Of a stretch of DNA of 64,000 nt, positions 1 through 9,886 are shown in pieces. The notes beneath the pieces were generated by a model. It worked only from the letters and a program-made list of their open reading frames with translations. It did no database searches and was not told the DNA's origin. Location of the stretch: assembly GCA_964016885.1 (NCBI GenBank), contig OZ024743.1:80228001-80292000 (forward strand). Direction: 5' to 3'. A program made the translations under genes and the position numbers. Positions within the stretch are counted from its first letter, which is position 1. Every line of letters starts with the position of its first letter. The DNA is from Eledone cirrhosa. Its lineage: Eukaryota.

Positions 1-179
1 TCTGAACCTAGTGTTCTTGTAAATACCACAATGGTTACACCTAGTATATGTTTTCATCATAGGTAAACAGCTAAATAACATTTCAGACAACATCCACTCT
101 AGCAACGACAATGATGAGGGCAAAGTACCGCCACCATCACCACACATACATAAACGTAAACATTATTACAAATAATATT

Positions 180-366
180 GGTTGGTGGATTGGCAGTATC
201 GGTAGAGGGTCGGTCGCCATGCTTTCCAGCATAATCACGTTCCTTTACGATCTGAGTTCAAATCCCGCCGAAGTTGACTTTGCCTTTCATCCTTACGGGG
301 TCGATAAAATAAAGTACCAGTAATGCACTGGGTGATTGCTGGCCTTGTGCCTAAAGTAGAAACAAA
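180..366 (+). mobile_element. tRNA-derived SINE, family A, copy 1 (near full length)
   Basis: A-box-like TGGCAGTATCGG (~191-202) and B-box GAGTTCAAATCCC (~254-266). Body CTTTCATCCTTACGGGGTCGATAAAATAAAGTACCAGT is shared with four other copies in the window. Flanked by direct repeat TATTACAAATAAT (164-176, 367-379). Confidence 0.9.
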
Positions 367-379
367 TATTACAAATAAT

Positions 380-540
380 TGTTTCTACTTTTGGCACAAG
401 GCCAGCAATTACCCAGTGTATTACTGGTACTTTATTTTATCGACCCCGTAAGGATGAAAGGCAAAGTTAACCTCCGCAGGATTTGAACTCTGAATGGAAA
501 GGGCTGTAACTCTTTGCGTCAAAGCATGGCGTCCGACCCT
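380..540 (-). mobile_element. SINE family A, copy 2 (inverted, 5'-truncated, no A box)
   Basis: Reverse complement of the copy 1/3 body (TTTATCGACCCCGTAAGGATGAAAGGCAAAG, ATTTGAACTC). Flanked by TATTACAAATAAT at 367-379 and 541-553. Confidence 0.9.
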
Positions 541-563
541 TATTACAAATAATAATAATTCTT

Positions 564-750
564 TTGGCAGTATCGGTAGAGGGTCGGACGCCATGCTTTG
601 ACGCACAGAGTTACGGCCCTTGCCATACTGAGTTCAAATCCCGCCGATGTTAACTTTGCCTTTCATCCTTACGGGGTCGATAAAATAAAGTACCAGTAAT
701 GTACTGGGTAATTGCTGGCCTTGTGCCTAAAGTAGAAACAATTATTATTA
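564..750 (+). mobile_element. SINE family A, copy 3 with (ATT)n tail
   Basis: TGGCAGTATCGG A box, GAGTTCAAATCCC B box, same body, ending GTAGAAACAATTATTATTA. Confidence 0.9.
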
Positions 751-810
751 TCTTTATTTAGAATAAAAGAATTCATTATAATTATTATCATTATTGCTCA
801 ACCAAATAAT

Positions 811-912
811 GGCGGTGGATTGGCAGTAAAATCGGTAGAGCGTCGGACATATTTTGCGGCTTAGATTATGACCACTCATGTTCTGGGTTCAAATCCTGGC
901 GAGGTTAGCTTT
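811..912 (+). mobile_element. SINE family A, copy 4 (diverged 5' head only)
   Basis: GGCGGTGGATTGGCAGTAAAATCGGTAGAG head and GGGTTCAAATCC B box; similarity is lost after ~912. Confidence 0.7.
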
Positions 913-1156
913 CGAGATTCGAACTGGTGAACCTTGGCTTTCAGAGTCGGTCGAATGACAGAAGGAATGATCGTCGACCCAATGATGAGAACATCTTCCT
1001 TTGGGGCCACATACACCAGGTATAGCATCGATCACACGTCAATGATGGCCACCTCAAAGTGCCCTCTGCCGAAATTAACATTCTATGTCAACTTATGTAA
1101 GCTAAACTTTCTATTTTTAAACCCCTCACACACCTAACATAACTGTTCATCTGTTG

Positions 1157-1172
1157 CACACACACACACACA

Positions 1173-1254
<82 letters not shown>

Positions 1255-1362
1255 CTCTCAATCTCTCTCTCTCAGTCTCTCTCTCTCTCTCTGTCTCTCC
1301 CTCTCTCACTCTCACTATCTCTCTCTCTGTCAGTCTCTCTCTTCTCTCTCTCTCCTTCTCTC
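1157..1362. repeat. Compound microsatellite: (CA)n followed by (CT)n/(CTAT)n
   Basis: Directly visible CA run 1157-1211, then an interrupted CT tract. Confidence 0.95.
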
Positions 1363-1599
1363 CATGTATTTACACTCGTCTTTCCTTCAACGTAGACACA
1401 TATTCCTCTTTCTACTCTTCACAAGCATGCACGTTTTCCTGTCATTACCTTTATCTTGTTAATACATATTTCTAACATAGCAGACATATTTCACAAATAT
1501 ACACGTCTACCTATCTTTCTACCTCATAAAATGTTCACTAAGTTGTATATGTGTATGTAGGCATGCATGAATGAATGCCTTTCTTTGAGATTTATCCAA

Positions 1600-1746
1600 G
1601 CTGTTCCAGACGGTTTCTCTACGGAATTTCACTAACAGTTCTTAGGTCGATCACGAGTTATAGTACGAGATACATACGAGATATCAGATTCTATGCAATA
1701 GGTTCGAATCGGACTGCGAAGTAAATTTCTTAATCCCTCGGCCATA
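1600..1746 (-). mobile_element. Old degraded tRNA-head SINE relic (second family)
   Basis: Minus strand begins TGGCCGAGGGATTAAG (A-box-like) and has GATTCGAACC (B-box-like). Body resembles an octopus SINE from memory only; single copy in the window. Confidence 0.45.
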
Positions 1747-2694
1747 TATGAATATACTCGCCATCTGAATTAGTCGTATTTTTCTTAGAGCAGCCTTTCT
1801 GATAGATAGTATTGTTTATTTTATATATATATTGTAACCAAATCCTGCTGTATAGAAATATGACATTTTGAAGTCGTACGTATGTCTTTCACAATTATGT
1901 GATATAATCGGCATTTTTTAACGTATTCTGAATGGTTTAAGAGCTTCGTTATCTATTTACTCCAATAGGTATTTAGAAGATAGATATCTTGCTCTTGGAT
2001 TGAACAGTAAAACCTATGTGTGGCGTGTATAATGACTACGAGTTCAAGAGTGGCTACACTTCTTGTCAATGTTAGAAGCAGAGATCTTAAGATTGTCTAT
2101 AAAATATTATGGATCATACTTGTGTTTTATGATATTGTTGATACTAATATATAACCAATGATTCTTCGTAAAAAGAAGGTAAAAAAAACCCATCGGTTCC
2201 AATAACCAAATAAATATAAAAGTACAGACAGGCTGTCTCATTGGAATATTCCTTTTGGAAGATTTATAACATCAGAGACAATCCTGCTTTCAGTTATAAA
2301 GGCGAGGATGGATGACCTGCTCTTTGTAAATTATCTAAAAGTAGCAACTACGGAAGCAATAGTTCTTTGTGAAATGTAAAGATTCCAGAAATCATTTACA
2401 AGTAATATCATCAAACACCCACCATTTTCTTTTTTACAATCAAGCCATTCAGTGACAAGGCTTATACGTTGTCTTTTGACTTCCGACAACACAGCTTTAT
2501 TAATTAAAAGTTGTTCGGCATAATTACTAATTAAAATCCGTTCGGCAATTGTTAATTAAATGTTGTACGGCTCATCAGTCACTACCCTGTTGAACTAACA
2601 AATATGTGAGCTATCTAAATTGGCGAAATTATTCTTTTCACTTTCAAATTTAGATCAAGTTTCACTCCTCAGCTAAAAGTCAGACTACAAAGAC

Positions 2695-2965
2695 GTGTGA
2701 TAGAGTTGCTGGAGTATTCACCTGGCGATCATAAGGTCTTAAGTTCAATTTCAAACAGTATGTGTCATATTATTTCCCGTTGCTCCAATCAGCTTATCTG
2801 GAGAAGTTGAATTGTCCTTGCGATTCAAAGGGCTAACTTACGTACTATTCATGATGGAGTACCCTGACAATTACATTACCTTTATACGAGTCTGGCTTTC
2901 CCAGAGCTTTCTATTTCCCGGACAGGCTGTTCCGATGTTCGTACAACTAGAACGCTCATCCTCAA
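2695..2965 (+). mobile_element. Old degraded SINE relic (third family)
   Basis: tRNA-like head (CGATCATAAGGTC..AGTTCAATTTC) followed by GTTGCTCCA, TCAAAGGGC, CAGGCTGTTCCG and CAACTAGAAC motifs in the order I recall for an octopus SINE; not verifiable within the window. Confidence 0.5.
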
Positions 2966-2993
2966 AAACTATTGTGGACTTCTTATCGAGTCG

Positions 2994-3345
2994 CTATAAC
3001 GCACCCATTAAGTGTTGTGCACAGAACATTGCTTGGGATGTTAAGGTTTCAAGGTCATTAAGTGTGCATGAATCTTCAAGTTTGAGGCAAACTTGAAGAT
3101 TCTCCATTGTTTGTAATTGCCGACATTGGTAGTTGGACTCATCCTTGTAGCATATCGCAGAATGTTGGCTCCACAACAACCAACAGCTGTCAGGCAGGAC
3201 CAGAATGGCTAGGCATCACTGGAGCTAGTGAGGGGGAATTCTGTAGGGCTGAGATAGCGCCTGATTGCCACGTTAAGGTGGCTGCACCACAGGGATTTCA
3301 CTGATTAGAAGCTCTCTTGTTCAATGGTTCGACTGAGGCCCATCC
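2994..3345 (-). mobile_element. Decayed non-LTR retrotransposon (LINE) ORF2 C-terminal fragment
   Basis: Minus-strand translation across stops and frameshifts: SVEPLNKRASNQ / KSLWCSHLN..YLSPTEFPL..*PFWSCL / QCRQLQTMENLQVCLKLEDSCTLNDLETLTSQAMFCAQH. This resembles the degenerate CxC..QTxxHxxxC zinc-knuckle tail of LINE reverse transcriptases. Confidence 0.6.
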
Positions 3346-3576
3346 CATTAATGTGGGATACCCGGAAGCCTTTATGTATATGAGGACAGCCTCTATGTTG
3401 AACGTGTTAAATACAACAGCTAAATCTCCTGCAAATATCACTGCCATTATCAAAAAAAGAGGTCATATTGGTAATTGCTGTCCTAGATAGGCCTAAGTAT
3501 CTAATTTCATAAGCGAGCTGTTTCCTTTATCGAACAACCATCATCAAAACAGACGAAGAACCATTTATCAAATAAT

Positions 3577-3761
3577 TGTTTCTACTTTAGGCACAAGGCC
3601 AGCAATTACCCAGTGCATTACTGGTACTTTATTTTATCGACCCCGTAAGGATGAAAGGCAAAGTCAACCTCGGCGGGATTTGAACTCAGATCGTAAAGGG
3701 GCGTAACTATGCTGGAAAGCATGGCGTCCGACCCTCTACTGATACTGCCAATCCACCGCCT
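3577..3761 (-). mobile_element. SINE family A, copy 5 (full length, 18-bp target-site duplication)
   Basis: Complete reverse complement from the GGCGGTGGATTGGCAG head to the GTAGAAACA tail. Perfect flanking direct repeat AACCATTTATCAAATAAT at 3559-3576 and 3762-3779. Confidence 0.95.
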
Positions 3762-4059
3762 AACCATTTATCAAATAATAGTTTATCCTTGATAAAAAGT
3801 AGTCCTAAATAGTTAATTCCCAGACCAGGTCGTTTCGTTAATAAAATAAGTGAAACACTCAGCGTAGAAACTGATGGAGGTCCATTTAGCTGGTAAAGAG
3901 ACTTCGTTAGTGTAGCAAGACAGAAGATGTAGAAAGTAGAGAAGATCGACTCAGTTTTAATGGATACTCGGGTATTAAATAGTCTTCATTTTCAATAACA
4001 AACCTCTTTAAAAACAGATCGAATTCTTTGTTAGGTTAGTGTAGCTGATATATTGATTA

Positions 4060-4545
4060 TTCTATCTTCCTCTTCCTTCCACTCATTCCCGCCGTCTCTC
4101 TTCCTACACACCCTCTATTACTTCCTCTCATTCACTACCATCGTCTTTCTTTCAGCAATATCGTCTTTCTCCCTCCCTTTCTCTCTCACCCTCTCTCTCT
4201 CCCTTCCAACCCTTCTTTCTCTCCCTTCCAACCCTTCTTTCTCTCTCTTCCAACCTATTCTCTCTCCCTCCTTCTCTTTCTGTCTCACTCTCTCTTCCAG
4301 CCTCTTCTTCCCTCTCTCTATCTCTCACACACACTCAAACAACAGTATCAAACCCGGACAGTCACCCACAGAATCACAAACACATCACACACACACACTC
4401 ACACACAGACAGTTACCTACATAGTCACACACACACACACACACACACATCACACACACACACACTCACACACAGACAGTTACCTACATAGTCACACACA
4501 CACGCACACACACACACACACATCACACACACACCGACACACACT
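4060..4545. repeat. CT-rich low-complexity tract followed by an interrupted (CA)n containing a 67-bp duplication
   Basis: Polypyrimidine tract ~4060-4325, then CA runs with GACAGTTACCTACATAGTC at 4408 and 4475. Confidence 0.9.
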
Positions 4546-4637
4546 ACTGTACGATGTTCTGTGAAATTAGTGTCAGACCACCAAAGCCCAATTGTGTCCA
4601 AGTAGTTTTCCAGCACCAATGACATCATGACACCTCT

Positions 4638-7600
4638 CTACACCACACTACATTACACTACACCACACTGCACCGCACTACACTAAACTACACTACACTA
4701 CAATACACTACACCACACAACACAATACTACACTACATTACACCACACAACACAATACTACACTACACTACACCACACTGCACCGCACTACACTACACTA
4801 CACTACACTACAATACACTATACCACACAACACAATACTACACTACACTACACCACACTGCACCGCACTACACTACACTACACTACACTACAATACACTA
4901 TACCACACAACACAATACTACACTACATTACACCACACAACACAATACTACATTACACTACACCACACCACACTGCACCGCACTACACTACACTACACTA
5001 CACTACAATACACTATACTACACAACACAATACTACACTACATTACACCACACAACACAATACTACACTACACTACACCACACTGCACCGCACTACACTA
5101 CACTACACTACACTACACTACACTACAATACACTACACCACACAACACAATACTACACTACATTACACCACACAACACAATACTACACTACACTACACCA
5201 CACTGCACCGCACTACACTACACTACACTACACTACACTACAATACACTATACCACACAACACAATACTACACTACATTACACCACACAACACAATACTA
5301 CACCACACTACACCACACTACGTTACACTACACCACACTTCACCGCACTACACTACACTACACTACACTACACTACACTACACTACACTACACTACACTA
5401 CACTACACTACACTACACTACACTACATCACACTACACTACACTACACCACACTACACAATACTACACTACACTACACCACACTACACTATACTACACCA
5501 CACTAAACTACACTACACTACAATACACTACACCACACAACACAATACTACACCACACTTCACTACACTACACTACAATACACTACACCACACTACACTA
5601 TACTACACCACACTACACTACACGACACTACAATTCACTACACCACACAACACAATACTACACTACACTACACCACACTACACTACACTACACTACACTA
5701 CACTACACTACACTACACTACACTACACTACACTACACTACACTACACCACATTACACTACACCACACTACACTAGACTACACTACACTACACTACACTA
5801 CACTACACTACACTACACTACACTACACAATACTACACTACATTACACCACACAACACAATACTACACTACACTACACTACACCACACTACACTACACTA
5901 CACTACACTACACTACACCACACTACACTACACTACACCACACTTCACCGCACTACACTACACTACACTACACCACACAACACAATCCTACACTACACTA
6001 CACTACACTAGACTACATTTCACTACACCACACTACACTAGACTACACCACACTACACCACACTACATTACACTACACCACACTTCACCGCACTACACTA
6101 CACTACACTACACCACACAACACAATCCTACACTACACTACACTACACTACACTACACTACACTACACTACACTACACTACATCACACTACACTACACTA
6201 CACCACACTACACAATACTACACTACACTACACTACACCACACAACACAATCCTACACTACACTACACTACACTACACTACACTACACTACACTACACTA
6301 CACTACACTACACTACACTACACTACACTACACTACACTACATCACACTACACTACACTACACCACACTACACAATACTACACTACACTACACCACACTA
6401 CACTATACTACACCACACTACACTACACTACACTACACTACACTACAATACACTACACCACACAACACAATACTACTCTACATTACACCACACAACACAA
6501 TACTACACTACACTACACCACACTACACTACACTACACTACACTACACTACACTACACTACACTACACTACACTACACTACACCACACTACACTAGACTA
6601 CACCACACTACACTACACTACACTACACTACACTACACTACACTACACTACACTACACTACACTACACTACACCACACAACACGATACTACACTACATTA
6701 CACCACACAACACAATACTACACTACACTACACTACACCACACTACACTACACTACACTACACTACACTACACTACACTACACTACACTAGACTACACCA
6801 CACTACACCGCACTACACTACACTACACCACACAACACAATCCTACACTACACTACACTACACTACACTACATCACACTACACTACACCACACTACACAA
6901 TACTACACTACACTACACCACACTACACTATACTACACCACACTACACTATACTACATTACACTACACCACACTACACGACACTTCACTACACTACACTA
7001 CACTACACTACACCACTCTACACTACACTACACCACTCTACACTACACAACACCACACTGCACCGCACTACACTACACCACATCACACTACACCATACTA
7101 CACTACACTACACCACACTAGACTACACTACACTGCACCGCACTACACTACACCAGACCACTACACACCACACAACACCACATTACACCACACAATACAC
7201 TACACTACACTACACTACACCACACCACACCACACTGCACCGTACTACACTACACCACACTACACCACACTACACTACACTACACTACACTACACCACAC
7301 CACACTACACCACACTAGACCACACTACACTACATCACACCTCACCACACCACACTACACTACATTACACTACACTACACTACACTACACTACACTACAC
7401 TATAATATACTACACTACACTACACCACACTACACTACACTACACTACACTATACTACACCACACTACACTACACTACACCACACTACACTACACTACAC
7501 CACACCAAACTACACCACACTACACCATACTACACCACACTACACTACACCACACTATACCACACCACACTACACCACACCACACCACACCACACCACAC

Positions 7601-8087
7601 CACACCACACCAGACCACTACACACCACACAACACCACATTACACCACACAATGCACTACACTACACCACACCACACCACACTACACCACACAACATACC
7701 ACTACACTACACCACACCACACCAAACCACACCACACTACACAACATAACACACCACACTACACCACACTACACCACACTACACCACACTACACCACACC
7801 ACTACACTACACCACACCACACTACACCACACCACTACACACCACCACACCACACTACACCACACAACACACCACTACACTACAGCACATCGCACAACAC
7901 CACACAATACCACACTACACCACACTACACCACACTATACCACACGACACTTCACACCATACAACACCTCACAACACAACACACCACCACACTACACCAC
8001 CCCACACCACACTACACTACACTACACCACATCACACTACACTACACTACACTACACCACACCACACTCCACTACAATACACCACAC
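4638..8087. repeat. ~3.45 kb pentanucleotide array (CACTA)n with CACCA/CACAA/CATTA variants
   Basis: 5-bp periodicity is directly visible; purest at ~5340-6800, CACCA-rich and more degenerate toward 8087. Confidence 0.97.
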
Positions 8088-8755
8088 CTTGGTTGTCCAT
8101 CGTGAACGATGATATCTTCATTGTTGTTCCCGTCTGCCGTGGGCGCGAAGGTGACTGTGGAGGCCGATCCTTGACTTGCCGGTCCGGGGACAGTGGGGCC
8201 AGGGGAAGAGACCGGAGTTGTTTGGGGCAGCTGCTGATGCCTTTCTCCTCCTTTCACTGTCCTCTGTGACCTCTGCCCATCTCTACTCTTCAAAAGAGTC
8301 TTTGGCGCGTCTGGTAAGGGTTCGCCACTCAGTCTGCACGCTAAAGAAGAAACCTGTACGAGAAAGGTTTATAGTGGGAGGGCCAGTGCACAGTGACGGT
8401 CCCACTCACTCGGCGGCAGAAGCCAGAATCCGGAGGTACGGAGGACCGTCATGACCAGGGACTTCCTTGGCTGCAGTGGATGGCCACGACGTCTGTAGTG
8501 CCTTGCCGTGCCCTAGCGCTCCACACAGCTTTATGTCGCCGCTTTCGTGACCGTTGGGACAATGTTGTCCTCCTCTACTCACTCCGCCGGGACCAGTCTC
8601 CGCATGCAGGGGTAGGCAACCCCTATCTAACTCAGCGGGGGCTTTCAGACCCGTCCGGCTACCCTCAACCTGCTTCGGCCCACCAGCCAAAGCGGTTTAC
8701 CGGGGTGTGGCCGCTGTCGCATGCTACAGCTTCTTGGGGCCACAAGTGAGAGCTG
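8088..8755 (-). mobile_element. Internally deleted, non-autonomous RTE-type LINE (5' leader joined to ORF C-terminus and 3' end)
   Basis: GC-rich island. Minus frame 8339-8118 reads EWRTLTRRAKDSFEE*RWAEVTEDSERRRKASAAAPNNSGLFPWPHCPRTGKSRIGLHSHLRAHGRREQQ*, the RTE-clade terminal C2H2-like motif (CxxC..SRIGLxSHxRxH) with a decayed first Cys and an internal TAG. Short 3' UTR with hairpin CATCG-TTCA-CGATG. 8350-8755 resembles an RTE 5' leader (recalled); no RT or endonuclease sequence lies between the two parts. Confidence 0.8.
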
Positions 8756-8867
8756 TGTGTGAGGTGGGACACAATGCAGGACGAGGAAGTGAGAAGATTT
8801 ATAGATGCAGAATCAACCGCAGTACATGACTGGTACAAGTTAATCAGTGTGTACAAGTTTATCAGTA

Positions 8868-9210
8868 TGTCCAACTAATGTCTATTTTATGTACACTGTC
8901 GACAGTGTACAGTCCACCAACTTCTGTCCCTTTTATGTCCACTGTCGACTGTGTACAGTCCACCAACTTCTGTCCATTTTATGTCCAATGTCGACAGTGT
9001 ACAGTCCATCCCCTTCTGTCCATTTTATGTCCACTGTCCACTGTGTACAGTCCACCAACTTCTGTCTATTTTATGTCCACTGTCGCCAGTGTACAATCCA
9101 CCAACTTCTGTCTATTTTATGTCCACTCTTGACAGTGTACAGTCCACCAACTTCTGTCTATTTTATGTCCACTCTTGACAGTGTACAGTCCATCAGCTTC
9201 TGTCCATTTT
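8868..9210. repeat. 46-bp minisatellite, ~7.4 copies, with palindromic core
   Basis: GTGTACA recurs at 8905, 8951, 8997, 9043, 9089, 9135 and 9181 (exact 46-bp spacing). Unit TGTCCACTGTCGACAGTGTACAGTCCACCAACTTCTGTCTATTTTA. Confidence 0.95.
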
Positions 9211-9356
9211 CTTTCCAGCATAGTTACGTCCCTTTGCGGTCTGAGTTCAAATCCCGCCGGGGTTAACTTTGCCTGTCATCCTTACGGGGTCGATAAAATA
9301 AAGTACCAGTAATGTACTGGGTTTTTCATGGCCTTGTGCCAAAAGTAGAAACAATA
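9211..9356 (+). mobile_element. SINE family A, copy 6 (5'-truncated)
   Basis: CTTTCCAGCATAGTTACG..GAGTTCAAATCCCGCC..GGGGTCGATAAAATAAAGTACCAGT..GTAGAAACAATA; no A box. Confidence 0.9.
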
Positions 9357-9366
9357 ACGATGGATT

Positions 9367-9425
9367 TCAGCTGAACACTTTATAGCTAGTAGTGGTAGTA
9401 GTAGTAGTAGTGGTAGTAGTAGTAT

Positions 9426-9479
<54 letters not shown>

Positions 9480-9497
9480 CAGTAGTAGTAGTAGTTC

Positions 9498-9534
<37 letters not shown>

Positions 9535-9658
9535 TCTAGTAGTAGTAGTAGTAGTAGTAGAAGTAGTAATGGTAGTAGTGGTAGTATTAGTAGTAGTGGT
9601 AGTAGTGGTAGTAGTAGTAGTAGTAGCAGTGGTGGTAGTAGTAGTGGTAGTAGTGGTT

Positions 9659-9719
<61 letters not shown>

Positions 9720-9720
9720 C

Positions 9721-9801
<81 letters not shown>

Positions 9802-9854
9802 GGTGGTGGTAGTAGTAGTAGTAGGAGTAGTAGTAGTAGTAGTAGTAGTGGTGA

Positions 9855-9886
<32 letters not shown>

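Noticed and set aside
180-270. tRNA gene
   Set aside because: A and B boxes belong to a SINE head with no cloverleaf and continue into the shared SINE body.
111-606. Short ORFs ending FAFHPYGVDKIKYQ
   Set aside because: Translations of SINE bodies.
3390-3495. Possible fragment of another dispersed repeat
   Set aside because: Only vague familiarity; single copy here with no diagnostic motif, so it cannot be supported from the window.
1154-4628. HT/SL/CV/RE low-complexity ORFs at 1154, 4053, 4152 and 4425
   Set aside because: Translations of dinucleotide microsatellites and polypyrimidine tracts.
4638-8087. Telomeric repeat or CACTA transposon terminus
   Set aside because: The unit is not TTAGGG or TTAGG, the array is highly degenerate, and there is no terminal inverted-repeat pair or transposase; CACTA here is just the tandem unit.
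7652-8269. His/Thr-rich 205-aa ORF
   Set aside because: Translation of the pentamer microsatellite running into antisense RTE sequence.
8868-9210. CRISPR-like palindromic repeats
   Set aside because: No unique spacers (the whole unit repeats), no cas genes, and a eukaryotic context.
8847-9266. Three overlapping ORFs with repeated peptides
   Set aside because: Produced by a 46-bp unit cycling through reading frames; no coding evidence.
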